From NCBI RefSeq assembly GCF_044361015.1, contig NZ_JBIKJL010000003.1:44037-108036 (forward strand): a DNA stretch of 64,000 bases, given 5' to 3'. This DNA comes from Flavobacterium sp. GTDB taxonomy: Bacteria; Bacteroidota; Bacteroidia; Flavobacteriales; Flavobacteriaceae. A program made the position numbers and the translations under genes. The notes beneath the pieces were generated by a model. The model was given only the letters and a program-made list of their open reading frames with translations, searched no databases and was not told where the DNA came from. Positions 8,617 through 17,820 of this stretch are shown here, one piece after another. Position 1 is the stretch's first letter. Every line of letters begins with the position of its first letter.

Positions 8617-9373
8617 ACGAAACAGCAATCAGTTGGTAGTCGTTTTCTACATCATAAATTGATTTTATGCCCATTTGAACATTTTCAAAAAAAGGAATTG
8701 GCGAAATCCAACGGGGTAAATTTTTCTCTATTTGAATTAACTGATTTTTTTTAGTATTAGGTTTTTCGGTTACAGAAAATGTTCCAGTCAGTTGGTCTTT
8801 GTTTATCCAGGTCAATTGATTTTTAGTTATTGGTAACGCTTGCTTAGTTCCAGAAGAACTAATTTCAAGCCGTGCATTTTTTTCTAAATAAGTATACGAA
8901 TACGTATGGCTGAATTGAGTTTGTGTTTTTCCGAATAAATAATAAGCCAGAGCAGTTTCCGGTGAATTATAATCGACAGTAAAATCAATCAGGTCTTTTT
9001 TGGGATAGGCCGTTCCATAAATCAGGCAATTATTGGTGGAAAGATGATTCAAAATTTCGTTTTTATGAATCCCATTCAATTTTTCAATTGGAACGAAGCC
9101 AACTACCGTATTATTATTTTCTTCGGAGAGCTTTATTTTTTCAAATTCAACATCCGGAAACATTTTTTTCAGTTGAAGGGTGTCTGCATATACTCCTTTT
9201 TCATCCAATCGTAGGGTTGATTTTTTTTGGTATAAAAATTTAATTTTATGATATGATTTTGGAGTCGGTTGTATTTGACAAATTCCCGAACAAGGTAAAA
9301 TCAACAAAAAACATAAATAAAAATAGTTCATCATGCTATAATTAGAATCTAAAGATAAAAAAATCCGTTTCAT
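8609..9373 (-). CDS. Hypothetical exported protein (likely start 9334 or 9331); weak resemblance to the GLPGLI family
   Basis: 254-aa ORF with a signal peptide ending GIC-Q. The C-terminal IEKNLPRWISPIPFFENVQMGIKSI loosely parallels the GLPGLI C-terminal motif. Confidence 0.6.
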   Translation of the reverse strand: MKRIFLSLDSNYSMMNYFYLCFLLILPCSGICQIQPTPKSYHKIKFLYQKKSTLRLDEKGVYADTLQLKKMFPDVEFEKIKLSEENNNTVVGFVPIEKLNGIHKNEILNHLSTNNCLIYGTAYPKKDLIDFTVDYNSPETALAYYLFGKTQTQFSHTYSYTYLEKNARLEISSSGTKQALPITKNQLTWINKDQLTGTFSVTEKPNTKKNQLIQIEKNLPRWISPIPFFENVQMGIKSIYDVENDYQLIAVSYE

Positions 9374-9412
9374 GAAACATAAAACGGATGATAATATTTT
9401 GATTATTAACTA

Positions 9413-10864
9413 TTAATAGTATGTATAACGTCTTACTTTAGCAATGTATTTAGCTAATCGAATTACTTGATGGCTGTATCCAAATTCATTGTCGTACCAT
9501 ACATAAAGTACAATATTTTTCCCGTCGCCTGATACAATAGTAGCATTACTGTCGTAAATGGAAGGAGCATTGGTGCCCACAATGTCTGAAGAAACTAATT
9601 CGTTGCTCAAAGAATATTTAATTTGTTCCACTAATTCCCCTTCCAAGGCATATTTTTTCATTATTTCGTTGACTTCAGCGATTGAAGTTTCTTTACCCAC
9701 TTCTAAATTCAATACGACTAGCGAACCATTCGGAACCGGCACCCGTATTGCATTCGATGTTAGTTTTCCGGCCAATGAAGGTAATGCTTTTGCCACTGCA
9801 CTTCCTGCTCCGGTTTCGGTGATAACCATATTTAATGCGGCAGCACGACCTCTGCGGTATTTTTTATGCATATTATCCACCAAATTTTGGTCATTTGTAT
9901 AGGCATGAATGGTTTCTAAATGTCCTTTTACAACACCCAATGTGTCTTCAATAGCCTTCAAAATAGGTGTTATGGCATTGGTTGTGCAGGAAGCCGCAGA
10001 AAAAATATCTATTTTATCCGGATTATGGTCGTTATGGTTTACGCCATAAACAATATTTGGAACCCCTTTTCCAGGAGCAGTTAGTAATACTTTTGAAACT
10101 CCTTTTGAAACTAAATGTCTTTTTAAGGCTTCTTCGTTGGTAAAAGCACCGGTGTTGTCAATGACTAAAGCATCTTTAATGCCATATTTTGTATAGTCTA
10201 TTTCTTCCGGTCCATTGGCCGTAATGATGTGTACGGTTGTGCCGTTGATAATTAATGCATTATTTTCTACGTCTGCACTCACAGAACCTTGAAAATTGCC
10301 ATGCACTGAGTCATACCGTAATAAGGAAGCTCTTTTTTCTAAAATCGTCGCATCATTTTTATCACGGGTTACAATGGCACGCAAGCGTAATTGGTTTCCT
10401 TTTCCGGTTTTGGACATTAATTCCCGAGCTAATAATCGTCCGATTCTACCAAAACCATATAACACAACATCTTTTGGTTTAATGCTGTCAACATCTTTGG
10501 CTTTGCGTAATTTATCTATTACAAATGATTTGGTATTGTGGTATTTATCATCTTCTAAATGGTACTCGAATGTTAATTTTCCAATATCTAGTTTGGATGG
10601 TGGTAAGTCTAGTGACAACATTTCCCGAGCAATTTCCACAGAATCAAAAATAGAAATTGGTTTACCCACAAATTCACCGGCATATTCATGCAAGTTTAGA
10701 ATTTCAGATACATTTTTGTCGATTAATTGGTTTCGGAACAAAACCACTTCGATGGATTTGTCATACCATAAATCACTGATAATTTTGATAAATTCAACTC
10801 CGGCTCTACGACGGTCTGCTTGAAATGAAAGTTCTTTTTCGTATAAAGATGGATTACTTTTCAT
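9413..10864 (-). CDS. gap: Glyceraldehyde-3-phosphate dehydrogenase, long form with an N-terminal extension
   Basis: YGFGRIGR, catalytic AASCTTNA, WYDNEFGY, preceded by about 130 extra N-terminal residues. Confidence 0.95.
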   Translation of the reverse strand: MKSNPSLYEKELSFQADRRRAGVEFIKIISDLWYDKSIEVVLFRNQLIDKNVSEILNLHEYAGEFVGKPISIFDSVEIAREMLSLDLPPSKLDIGKLTFEYHLEDDKYHNTKSFVIDKLRKAKDVDSIKPKDVVLYGFGRIGRLLARELMSKTGKGNQLRLRAIVTRDKNDATILEKRASLLRYDSVHGNFQGSVSADVENNALIINGTTVHIITANGPEEIDYTKYGIKDALVIDNTGAFTNEEALKRHLVSKGVSKVLLTAPGKGVPNIVYGVNHNDHNPDKIDIFSAASCTTNAITPILKAIEDTLGVVKGHLETIHAYTNDQNLVDNMHKKYRRGRAAALNMVITETGAGSAVAKALPSLAGKLTSNAIRVPVPNGSLVVLNLEVGKETSIAEVNEIMKKYALEGELVEQIKYSLSNELVSSDIVGTNAPSIYDSNATIVSGDGKNIVLYVWYDNEFGYSHQVIRLAKYIAKVRRYTYY

Positions 10865-10957
10865 GCGTTTAAATTAGTTAGTGTTGTTTGATTTTGGTGC
10901 AAAAGTATAGATTTCAAACGTTTTCGTAAACTTTTTTTTGGTTTTTTTAAAAATAAA

Positions 10958-10995
10958 AAATCCTGCAAAGTCCAACCGTGGACTTTGCAGGATTT
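10958..10995 (-). terminator. Intrinsic terminator after the HtrA gene
   Basis: Perfect 17-bp stem AAATCCTGCAAAGTCCA-accg-TGGACTTTGCAGGATTT. Confidence 0.85.
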
Positions 10996-11016
10996 ACCCC
11001 AAACTAACTAATCAAC

Positions 11017-12414
11017 TTATATTATGATTCTCATTACTTGTCCGTTTTTAAGCAACAGTTCTACCCGTACACCTTGTTTTTCAGATTTACTACCCAAATT
11101 TCTGGAGATGCTTTCCACATCAGTCGCTTTTATGCCATCTATGCTTAAAATGATGCTTCCTTTTAATTCTTCACTGTAAGGAACCAGTTTTTCATTTGTA
11201 ATATTTTTAATTTTTACGCCGCTTTTAATGCCGAATTGTTTTTTGTCAGCAGCGTCTAAATCTTCTATTTCCAACCCATAAAATTCGTAGTTAATGTGTT
11301 CTTTTTTGGTTAATTTCACCGGTATAATCAGTGATTTTCCCTCGCGATTGACCGCTACTTTAATTTCATCATTTGGTCGTTTTGTATTTACATAGCCAGA
11401 AAGCTCAGCAAAGGAGGTAATGTTTTGATTGTCTAATTTTGTTATCACATCTCCCGTTTTTATTCCTGCTTTTTCCGCTCCCGAATTTTTGGTTACTTTA
11501 TTTACATAAAAACCTTGTGTTTCTGAAAGGTTTAATTCTTTTGAAGCATTTCCGTTTAATTCATATCCTTCAATACCTAAAATGCCACGTTGAACATTTC
11601 CAAATTCCATGATGTCTTCAATAATTTTTCGGGTTATATTAGAAGGTACGGCAAACGAGTAGCCCACGTAACTCCCGGTATTAGATGAAATCATTGTATT
11701 AATTCCGATTAGTTCACCATGTGTGTTTACCAATGCCCCTCCGCTGTTTCCGGGATTTACCACCGCATCAGTTTGAATAAAAGATTGAATTCCACCGGTG
11801 TCTAAATTTCTGGCTTTTGCTGAAACGATTCCGGCTGTTACTGTTGAATTGAGGTTGTATGGATTTCCGACCGCTAATACCCATTCACCCACTTTTACTT
11901 CATCAGAATCGGCGAAGACTGCATAGGGTAATTTTTCTTCGGCATCTACTTTTAATAAAGCAATGTCCATTTTTGAATCTGTTCCGATTAATTTGGCTTT
12001 GTATGTTTTTTTATTGTTTAGGGTGATTTCAATATCCTGGGCTTCATTAATTACATGGTTATTGGTGACGATATAGCCATCTTCCGAAATAATTACCCCT
12101 GAACCTGTTCCAATTTGCTGTTGTTGTTGTCCTCCTTTATAGCCATACATGAATTCCATGATTGGATTAGAAACGGTACGATATGATACGTTTTTAACGT
12201 GAACAACTTGGTGTAATGCTGTTTCGGCAGCTTCTGTAAAATCAATTGTTTCGGTTGAAAGTCCCACAGTTTTGGCAGATAAAGCATTTGCTGTTGTAAT
12301 TATGTTTTTTGAAGTAGTTGTCTCTTCGATGAATAATTTGTAAGCCCCTATTGTCGTAATGCCACTTAACAAGGATACTAAAAATAAATTGGTTGTATTT
12401 TTCATGGTTAACAT
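11017..12414 (-). CDS. htrA: HtrA/DegP-family serine protease with PDZ domains
   Basis: GSGVIIS.DGYIVTNNHV, DIALLK, GNSGGAL catalytic triad motifs and C-terminal PDZ. Confidence 0.93.
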   Translation of the reverse strand: MLTMKNTTNLFLVSLLSGITTIGAYKLFIEETTTSKNIITTANALSAKTVGLSTETIDFTEAAETALHQVVHVKNVSYRTVSNPIMEFMYGYKGGQQQQQIGTGSGVIISEDGYIVTNNHVINEAQDIEITLNNKKTYKAKLIGTDSKMDIALLKVDAEEKLPYAVFADSDEVKVGEWVLAVGNPYNLNSTVTAGIVSAKARNLDTGGIQSFIQTDAVVNPGNSGGALVNTHGELIGINTMISSNTGSYVGYSFAVPSNITRKIIEDIMEFGNVQRGILGIEGYELNGNASKELNLSETQGFYVNKVTKNSGAEKAGIKTGDVITKLDNQNITSFAELSGYVNTKRPNDEIKVAVNREGKSLIIPVKLTKKEHINYEFYGLEIEDLDAADKKQFGIKSGVKIKNITNEKLVPYSEELKGSIILSIDGIKATDVESISRNLGSKSEKQGVRVELLLKNGQVMRIII

Positions 12415-12471
12415 CTATTATTAGTTATACAAATGTAAAATTATACGATTTATTGTTTTCTTAAAATAGGT

Positions 12472-12496
12472 TTAACGAACCTTAACAATCTTTAAC
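12472..12496. promoter_or_regulatory. Triple TTAAC direct repeat with 10-bp period between the divergent htrA and dapF promoters
   Basis: TTAAC at 12472, 12482 and 12492. The -7 boxes are at 12430-12437 (minus) and 12515-12522 (plus). Confidence 0.45.
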
Positions 12497-12540
12497 TTTT
12501 CTTTAAAATAATTGTACTTTTGTGAGACACAAAAATAAAA

Positions 12541-13332
12541 ATGAAGTTTCAATTTTTCAAATATCAAGGGACGGGAAATGATTTTATCATGGTGGATAAT
12601 CGTTTAGAAATTTTTCCAAAAAAGGACACAAAATTAATTGAAAAGTTGTGTGACCGCCGTTTTGGAATAGGAGCCGATGGTTTGATTTTACTTGAAAATG
12701 ATCAAAATGTAGATTTTCGTATGGTTTATTATAATTCAGACGGAAATGAAAGTTCAATGTGTGGTAATGGCGGAAGATGTATCGTTGCTTTTGCTAAACA
12801 ATTGGGAATTATTCAACAAGAAACAATATTTATAGCGGTTGACGGGGAGCATTTTGCAAGATTTACAACCGCCGGTTTAGTTTCGTTACAGATGAAAAAT
12901 GTTACAACCATTCAAGTAGCCTCCGATTACGTTTTTATGAATACCGGTTCGCCACATCATGTTGCTTTAGTCGATGATGTAAAATCGGTTCCAGTGAAAG
13001 AACTTGGAAGCCAAATTCGGTACAGTGATTTGTATGGACAAGCCGGAAGTAATGTGAATTTTGTAGAACCTTTATCCGAAACACTTTTTGCTGTTCGGAC
13101 CTATGAGCGAGGGGTAGAAGATGAAACCTTGTCTTGTGGAACCGGCGTTACAGCAGTGGCCATTGCCATGAATGCCATTGGAAAAACAACTTCAAATGAA
13201 ATTTCATTATTGGTGGAAGGCGGATCACTTCAGGTACGTTTTGAAAAAGAGGGTAGAAACTATACTCATGTGTTTTTAACAGGCCCGGCAACCAATGTGT
13301 TTAGAGGAGAAATTGACTTAGCAACCCTATAA
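12541..13332 (+). CDS. dapF: Diaminopimelate epimerase
   Basis: KYQGTGNDF, RRFGIGADG, MCGNGGRC, ERGVEDETLSCGTG. Confidence 0.97.
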   Translation: MKFQFFKYQGTGNDFIMVDNRLEIFPKKDTKLIEKLCDRRFGIGADGLILLENDQNVDFRMVYYNSDGNESSMCGNGGRCIVAFAKQLGIIQQETIFIAVDGEHFARFTTAGLVSLQMKNVTTIQVASDYVFMNTGSPHHVALVDDVKSVPVKELGSQIRYSDLYGQAGSNVNFVEPLSETLFAVRTYERGVEDETLSCGTGVTAVAIAMNAIGKTTSNEISLLVEGGSLQVRFEKEGRNYTHVFLTGPATNVFRGEIDLATL

Positions 13333-13334
13333 AA

Positions 13335-13859
13335 ATGAATTCACTTCAAGGACAACATATTTATTTACGAGCATTAGAACCGGAAGATTTAGAATTTGTC
13401 TATGCGTTAGAAAATGATACTTCGGTTTGGGAAATCAGTCAGACACAAACACCTTACAGCAAATTTTTAATTCGGCAATATTTAGACAATGCTCATCAAG
13501 ATATTTATGAAGCGAAGCAATTGCGTTTAGCGATTTGTAAGAATAATTCCTTTGAAGCTATTGGTTTAATTGACTTGTTTGATTATGATCCTAAAAATCA
13601 ACGGGCAGGGATAGGTATCTTAATTAAAAATCCTGAAAACAGACACCACGGTTTTGGTCAGCAGGCATTGAAATTATTGATAGATTATTCCTTTGAACAT
13701 TTACTCTTACATCAATTGTTTGCCACTATTGCGACCTCTAATCAAGCCAGTATTTCTCTTTTCACTACTTTTGGTTTTCAATGTGTGGGAATCAAAAAAG
13801 ATTGGAATTTTAATCATGGCATTTTTTCAGATGAAGCACTTTACCAATTAATTCGATAA
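13335..13859 (+). CDS. GNAT (RimJ/RimL-like) N-acetyltransferase
   Basis: IYLRALEPEDL, acetyl-CoA-binding region R..GFG..AL, N.ASI.LF...GF. Confidence 0.85.
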   Translation: MNSLQGQHIYLRALEPEDLEFVYALENDTSVWEISQTQTPYSKFLIRQYLDNAHQDIYEAKQLRLAICKNNSFEAIGLIDLFDYDPKNQRAGIGILIKNPENRHHGFGQQALKLLIDYSFEHLLLHQLFATIATSNQASISLFTTFGFQCVGIKKDWNFNHGIFSDEALYQLIR

Positions 13860-13887
13860 TTTTGCAATTACACTATTTTAATTACTT

Positions 13888-14928
13888 ATGAAAATCAAAA
13901 AAATAATTCTTTATATTTCGTTGGCTGTTCTAGTTGTTGTGGCCTATTTTGGTTTTAATGTTTACCAAATTATTTTTACACCCAATACTCAATTTTCAGA
14001 TGCGAAAGTTGCTGTTTATATTCCTACTGATGCTTCGTTTGAAGAAGTTCAAACTATTCTTTTGCCCTATATAAAAGACATGGGTACGTTCGTTTCTTTA
14101 GCCGAAAGAAGATCCTACTCTAATAATATCAAAGCAGGAAAATTTGAAATAACCCAAGGCATGAATAATAACAAGATTATTACTGCTTTGCGTTTAAATC
14201 TACCGGTGAAAGTGACTTTTAATAACCAGGAACGATTGGAAGATTTTGCCGGACGATTGGGTTCACAGTTGGAACTGGATAGTTTGGAAGTCTTGAACTT
14301 GTTTAAAGAGCCTGCCTTTTTAAAGGAAAACGGCTTTACCGAAGAAACTGTTTTTACTCTTTTTCTGCCAAACACTTATGAATTTTATTGGAATACTTCC
14401 TCGGAGAAGTTAAGAAATCAATTTACCAAAGAATACTATCGTTTTTGGAATGAAGAGCGAAAAGCGAAGGCTGAACGACAAGGACTTACCCCGATAGAGG
14501 TTTCTATTTTAGCTTCCATTGTTCAAAAAGAAACCGCAAAGGTTAGCGAACGTCCCCGAGTAGCAGAAGTTTATTTGAATCGGTTAAAAAAAGGAATGCT
14601 TTTACAAGCCGATCCTACGGTAATTTATGCCTACAAAAAAGAGACAAATGATTTCACGCAAGTGATTAAAAGAGTAGTTAATAAACATTTAATTACGGAT
14701 TCACCTTATAATACTTATAAATATGGAGGATTGCCTCCCGGACCTATTTATATGCCTGATGTTAATGCGGTGGAAGCCGTATTGAATCCGGAGCAGCATG
14801 ATTTTTTCTATTTTTGTGCCAGTGTAACTAATTTTGGTTATCATGAATTTGCTACGACACTGGAACAACATAATGTAAATGCCAGAAAGTACATTGCTTG
14901 GTTGACAAATCAAACTGTTCCACAGTAA
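13888..14928 (+). CDS. mltG: Endolytic transglycosylase MltG (YceG)
   Basis: N-terminal TM, LASIVQKET, LQADPTVIYA, SPYNTYKYGGLPPGPI. Confidence 0.95.
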   Translation: MKIKKIILYISLAVLVVVAYFGFNVYQIIFTPNTQFSDAKVAVYIPTDASFEEVQTILLPYIKDMGTFVSLAERRSYSNNIKAGKFEITQGMNNNKIITALRLNLPVKVTFNNQERLEDFAGRLGSQLELDSLEVLNLFKEPAFLKENGFTEETVFTLFLPNTYEFYWNTSSEKLRNQFTKEYYRFWNEERKAKAERQGLTPIEVSILASIVQKETAKVSERPRVAEVYLNRLKKGMLLQADPTVIYAYKKETNDFTQVIKRVVNKHLITDSPYNTYKYGGLPPGPIYMPDVNAVEAVLNPEQHDFFYFCASVTNFGYHEFATTLEQHNVNARKYIAWLTNQTVPQ

Positions 14929-14929
14929 T

Positions 14930-15829
14930 TTGAAAGTAAAATTCAGCATAGTTGTATTCCTTTTAGCTTTGTTCTTTATGAACATTGTTTTTTCGCAATC
15001 CTCTTTTGATTCTTTTTTTAAACCTTCTGATTCATTAAATATAGGCAGAAGAAATACTTTAATAATTACTGAATCTGTTTTAACGGCAACTGCACTCGTT
15101 GGTTTAAATGAGCTTTGGTATGCAGATTATCCAAAATCTGATTTTCATTATGCGAATGACAATACCAATTGGTTGCAGATGGATAAATTGGGCCATTTTT
15201 ATTCGGCTTATCATCTTGGGCGATTCAGTGCAGAAATGTTAGCATGGTCAGGTGTTTCAAAAAAGAATCAATTACTATACGGTGCGGGTTATGGATTTGT
15301 GTTTTTAACTGCGGTTGAGGTATTTGACGGTTATTCATCGGAATGGGGATTTTCTTGGGGCGATGTGGCTGCTAATGCTACCGGAACGGCACTTTATGTT
15401 TCGCAATCCTTGTTGTGGAATGAGCAACGAATCATTCCAAAGTTTTCGTTTCATACTACAGCTTATGCTGATCAAAGACCGGACGTATTAGGTAGTTCAT
15501 TAAGTGAGCAAATTTTGAAAGATTATAACGGACAAACGTATTGGTTATCTGTTAATTTGCATTCTTTTTTAAAACAATCACCAATACCTTCCTGGTTAAA
15601 TGTTGCTTTAGGGTATGGAGCAGAGGGTATGATAACGGCAATACCTTCTGAAAATGACGAAAGTTTTCGCCAATTTTACCTGAGTTTAGATATAGATTTG
15701 TCTAGAATTAAAACGAAATCACCTTTTTTAAGCACCCTTTTTTCTATTTTCAATTCGGTTAAAATTCCTACTCCAACGTTTGAAATCAATGCCTCCGGAG
15801 GTACTAGATTTTATCTATTCTACTTTTAG
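14930..15829 (+). CDS. DUF2279/YfiM-like exported protein
   Basis: W.QMDKLGHFYSAY, E.FDGYS.EWGFSWGD..AN..G, LKDYNGQTYWLS. TTG start. Confidence 0.75.
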   Translation: MKVKFSIVVFLLALFFMNIVFSQSSFDSFFKPSDSLNIGRRNTLIITESVLTATALVGLNELWYADYPKSDFHYANDNTNWLQMDKLGHFYSAYHLGRFSAEMLAWSGVSKKNQLLYGAGYGFVFLTAVEVFDGYSSEWGFSWGDVAANATGTALYVSQSLLWNEQRIIPKFSFHTTAYADQRPDVLGSSLSEQILKDYNGQTYWLSVNLHSFLKQSPIPSWLNVALGYGAEGMITAIPSENDESFRQFYLSLDIDLSRIKTKSPFLSTLFSIFNSVKIPTPTFEINASGGTRFYLFYF

Positions 15830-15926
15830 GAAATTTTAACTCGCTGATTGTCAAATTTATAATAAAAAGTTGTATATTTGCCCCGTGAAATTCAAGCCGG
15901 TGACAGCACTTGAGAAATAAATTGGT

Positions 15927-16565
15927 ATGTCGAAAAAATGGTACTTTTATTCTTGTATTGCCCTTATAGTGGCCATAATCAGTTCAGGTTTTAAACCTTT
16001 CGAAATAGAAAAAATGAGTTGGTTTTATGTGGATCACGCGGTAGAAGGATTGAATTATACTGTTCCTACCCAAGAGGAATTACAATATGTAAGTTTAAAC
16101 ATTCCACAAACAGGAAAAACTTTTACCGGATTTAAGCAAGCTCTCAGTTTTAAAGAATCACAAGGTCGATATAATTTAGTGAATACATTAGGTTATATGG
16201 GTAAATACCAGTTTGGTGTTGGGACGCTTCGTACTTTAGGTATTACCGATAGTGCTGCTTTTATGAATTCACCTCATTTACAGGAAAAAGCATTTAAAGC
16301 TCTTTTAGCAATCAATAAGCATGTTTTGAAAAATGAAATTGAAAAGTATAAAGGAAAAACCATTAATGGTGTAAAAATTACAGAATCGGGATTGTTAGCG
16401 GCTGCCCATTTAGGTGGTTCCGGTTCGGTTAAAAAGTTTTTGAAAAGCAATGGTAAACGAGCTTTAAAAGATGGTTACGGTACTTCCTTAAAAAGTTACA
16501 TCAAACAATTTGGCGGATATGATACCTCGCATATTGTTGCTAATGGGAAAGCTAAAGTTAAGTAA
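15927..16565 (+). CDS. Lysozyme-like/lytic-transglycosylase-like protein with an N-terminal anchor
   Basis: ALSFKESQGRY (catalytic Glu-Ser), GYMGKYQFG, AAAHLGG. No LysM repeat is recognisable. Confidence 0.6.
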   Translation: MSKKWYFYSCIALIVAIISSGFKPFEIEKMSWFYVDHAVEGLNYTVPTQEELQYVSLNIPQTGKTFTGFKQALSFKESQGRYNLVNTLGYMGKYQFGVGTLRTLGITDSAAFMNSPHLQEKAFKALLAINKHVLKNEIEKYKGKTINGVKITESGLLAAAHLGGSGSVKKFLKSNGKRALKDGYGTSLKSYIKQFGGYDTSHIVANGKAKVK

Positions 16566-16568
16566 TTA

Positions 16569-17291
16569 CTACGATTTTTGAATTATAAAGATAGTAGGTC
16601 GGTTGTGTAAATCGACCTTTGTTTTTTTCCAATCGTTTATTGTCAGGGTTTTTATGTATTCGGTTGGTAAGGTAATGTCCGTTGCAACGCAAAGTCGAGT
16701 TGAGCTTTGAAGCGATTGCAAAATATCTTCCAATAATTTGTTATTACGATAAGGTGTTTCGATAAAAATCTGTGCTTGATTTTTTTCCATCGAAAGGCGT
16801 TCTAAGTTTTTTAAAGCCGCTTTTTTTTCACTTTTATCAATTGGCAAATAACCGTTAAAAGCAAAACTTTGTCCGTTCATGCCGGAACCCATTAAAGCCA
16901 GCAGAATAGAGGAGGGGCCAACTAAGGGAACCACTTGAATGCCTTTTTCATGGGCTAGTTTTACAATCACTGCACCCGGATCTGCAACGCTGGGGCAACC
17001 TGCTTCACTCATTAAGCCTAAATTGCGACCTTCTAAGCAAGCCTTAAGCATTTCATTGTATTCAGATGCATCTGTAAATTTATTCAGGACATGAAGTCTT
17101 AAATTAGCCTGAACTTTTTCAGCATTGATTGATTTTATAAATTTCCGAGCTGTTTTTTCGTTTTCTACTACATAATCGTTGATGAAATCAATGGCTCTTT
17201 TTACCGTTTGTGGCAACACCTCATCGGGTGTCACGTTACCTAAGGTTGTGGGTATCAAATATAATTTTCCTATGAAGGAGATAGGTTTCAT
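16569..17291 (-). CDS. Tetrapyrrole-methylase-family SAM-dependent methyltransferase (RsmI-like)
   Basis: LYLIPTTLG, SEAGCPSVADPG, VPLVGPSSILLALM.SG, FIETPYRN. Confidence 0.88.
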   Translation of the reverse strand: MKPISFIGKLYLIPTTLGNVTPDEVLPQTVKRAIDFINDYVVENEKTARKFIKSINAEKVQANLRLHVLNKFTDASEYNEMLKACLEGRNLGLMSEAGCPSVADPGAVIVKLAHEKGIQVVPLVGPSSILLALMGSGMNGQSFAFNGYLPIDKSEKKAALKNLERLSMEKNQAQIFIETPYRNNKLLEDILQSLQSSTRLCVATDITLPTEYIKTLTINDWKKTKVDLHNRPTIFIIQKS

Positions 17292-17761
17292 TCTTCGGAA
17301 TATTTTTTCAACATTTTGGTTGCAATGGTATCACACGCTTCTTCCAACATTTCGAAAACCTGGTCAAAATTACTTTGGATACCATGGTAAGGATCCGGAA
17401 CATCCACATTTTCCCCCGGAAAAAGTTCATCAAGAATTAACATCACTTTTTGTTTTGCTTCCTCATTGGGAGCCATACTGATAACATCATCATAGTTAGA
17501 GTTGTCCATTACATAAATGTGGTCGTATTCTTTAAAGAAAGAGGATTTAAACAGTTTTCCCTTTTGGTTGGAAATAGAGATGCCATTTTTTTCGGCTGTC
17601 AGGATTGAGCGTTTGTCAGGAGGATTTCCAACGTGCCAATGACCGGTTCCGGCAGAGTCGACAAAAAATTTTTCTTTTGGAAGTTTGGAGGCTAAAATAC
17701 CTTCCGCTAAAGGCGAACGACAAATGTTTCCCAAACAAACCATCAATATTTTTATAGGCAT
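17288..17761 (-). CDS. Low-molecular-weight protein-tyrosine phosphatase
   Basis: P-loop VCLGNICRSP, DSAGT and VPDPY. Confidence 0.95.
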   Translation of the reverse strand: MPIKILMVCLGNICRSPLAEGILASKLPKEKFFVDSAGTGHWHVGNPPDKRSILTAEKNGISISNQKGKLFKSSFFKEYDHIYVMDNSNYDDVISMAPNEEAKQKVMLILDELFPGENVDVPDPYHGIQSNFDQVFEMLEEACDTIATKMLKKYSEE

Positions 17762-17820
17762 AAAATAGTAAACTAAAAAATTTCAGCATTCAAAAGTACT
17801 AAGAATATTGAAACTATTTT

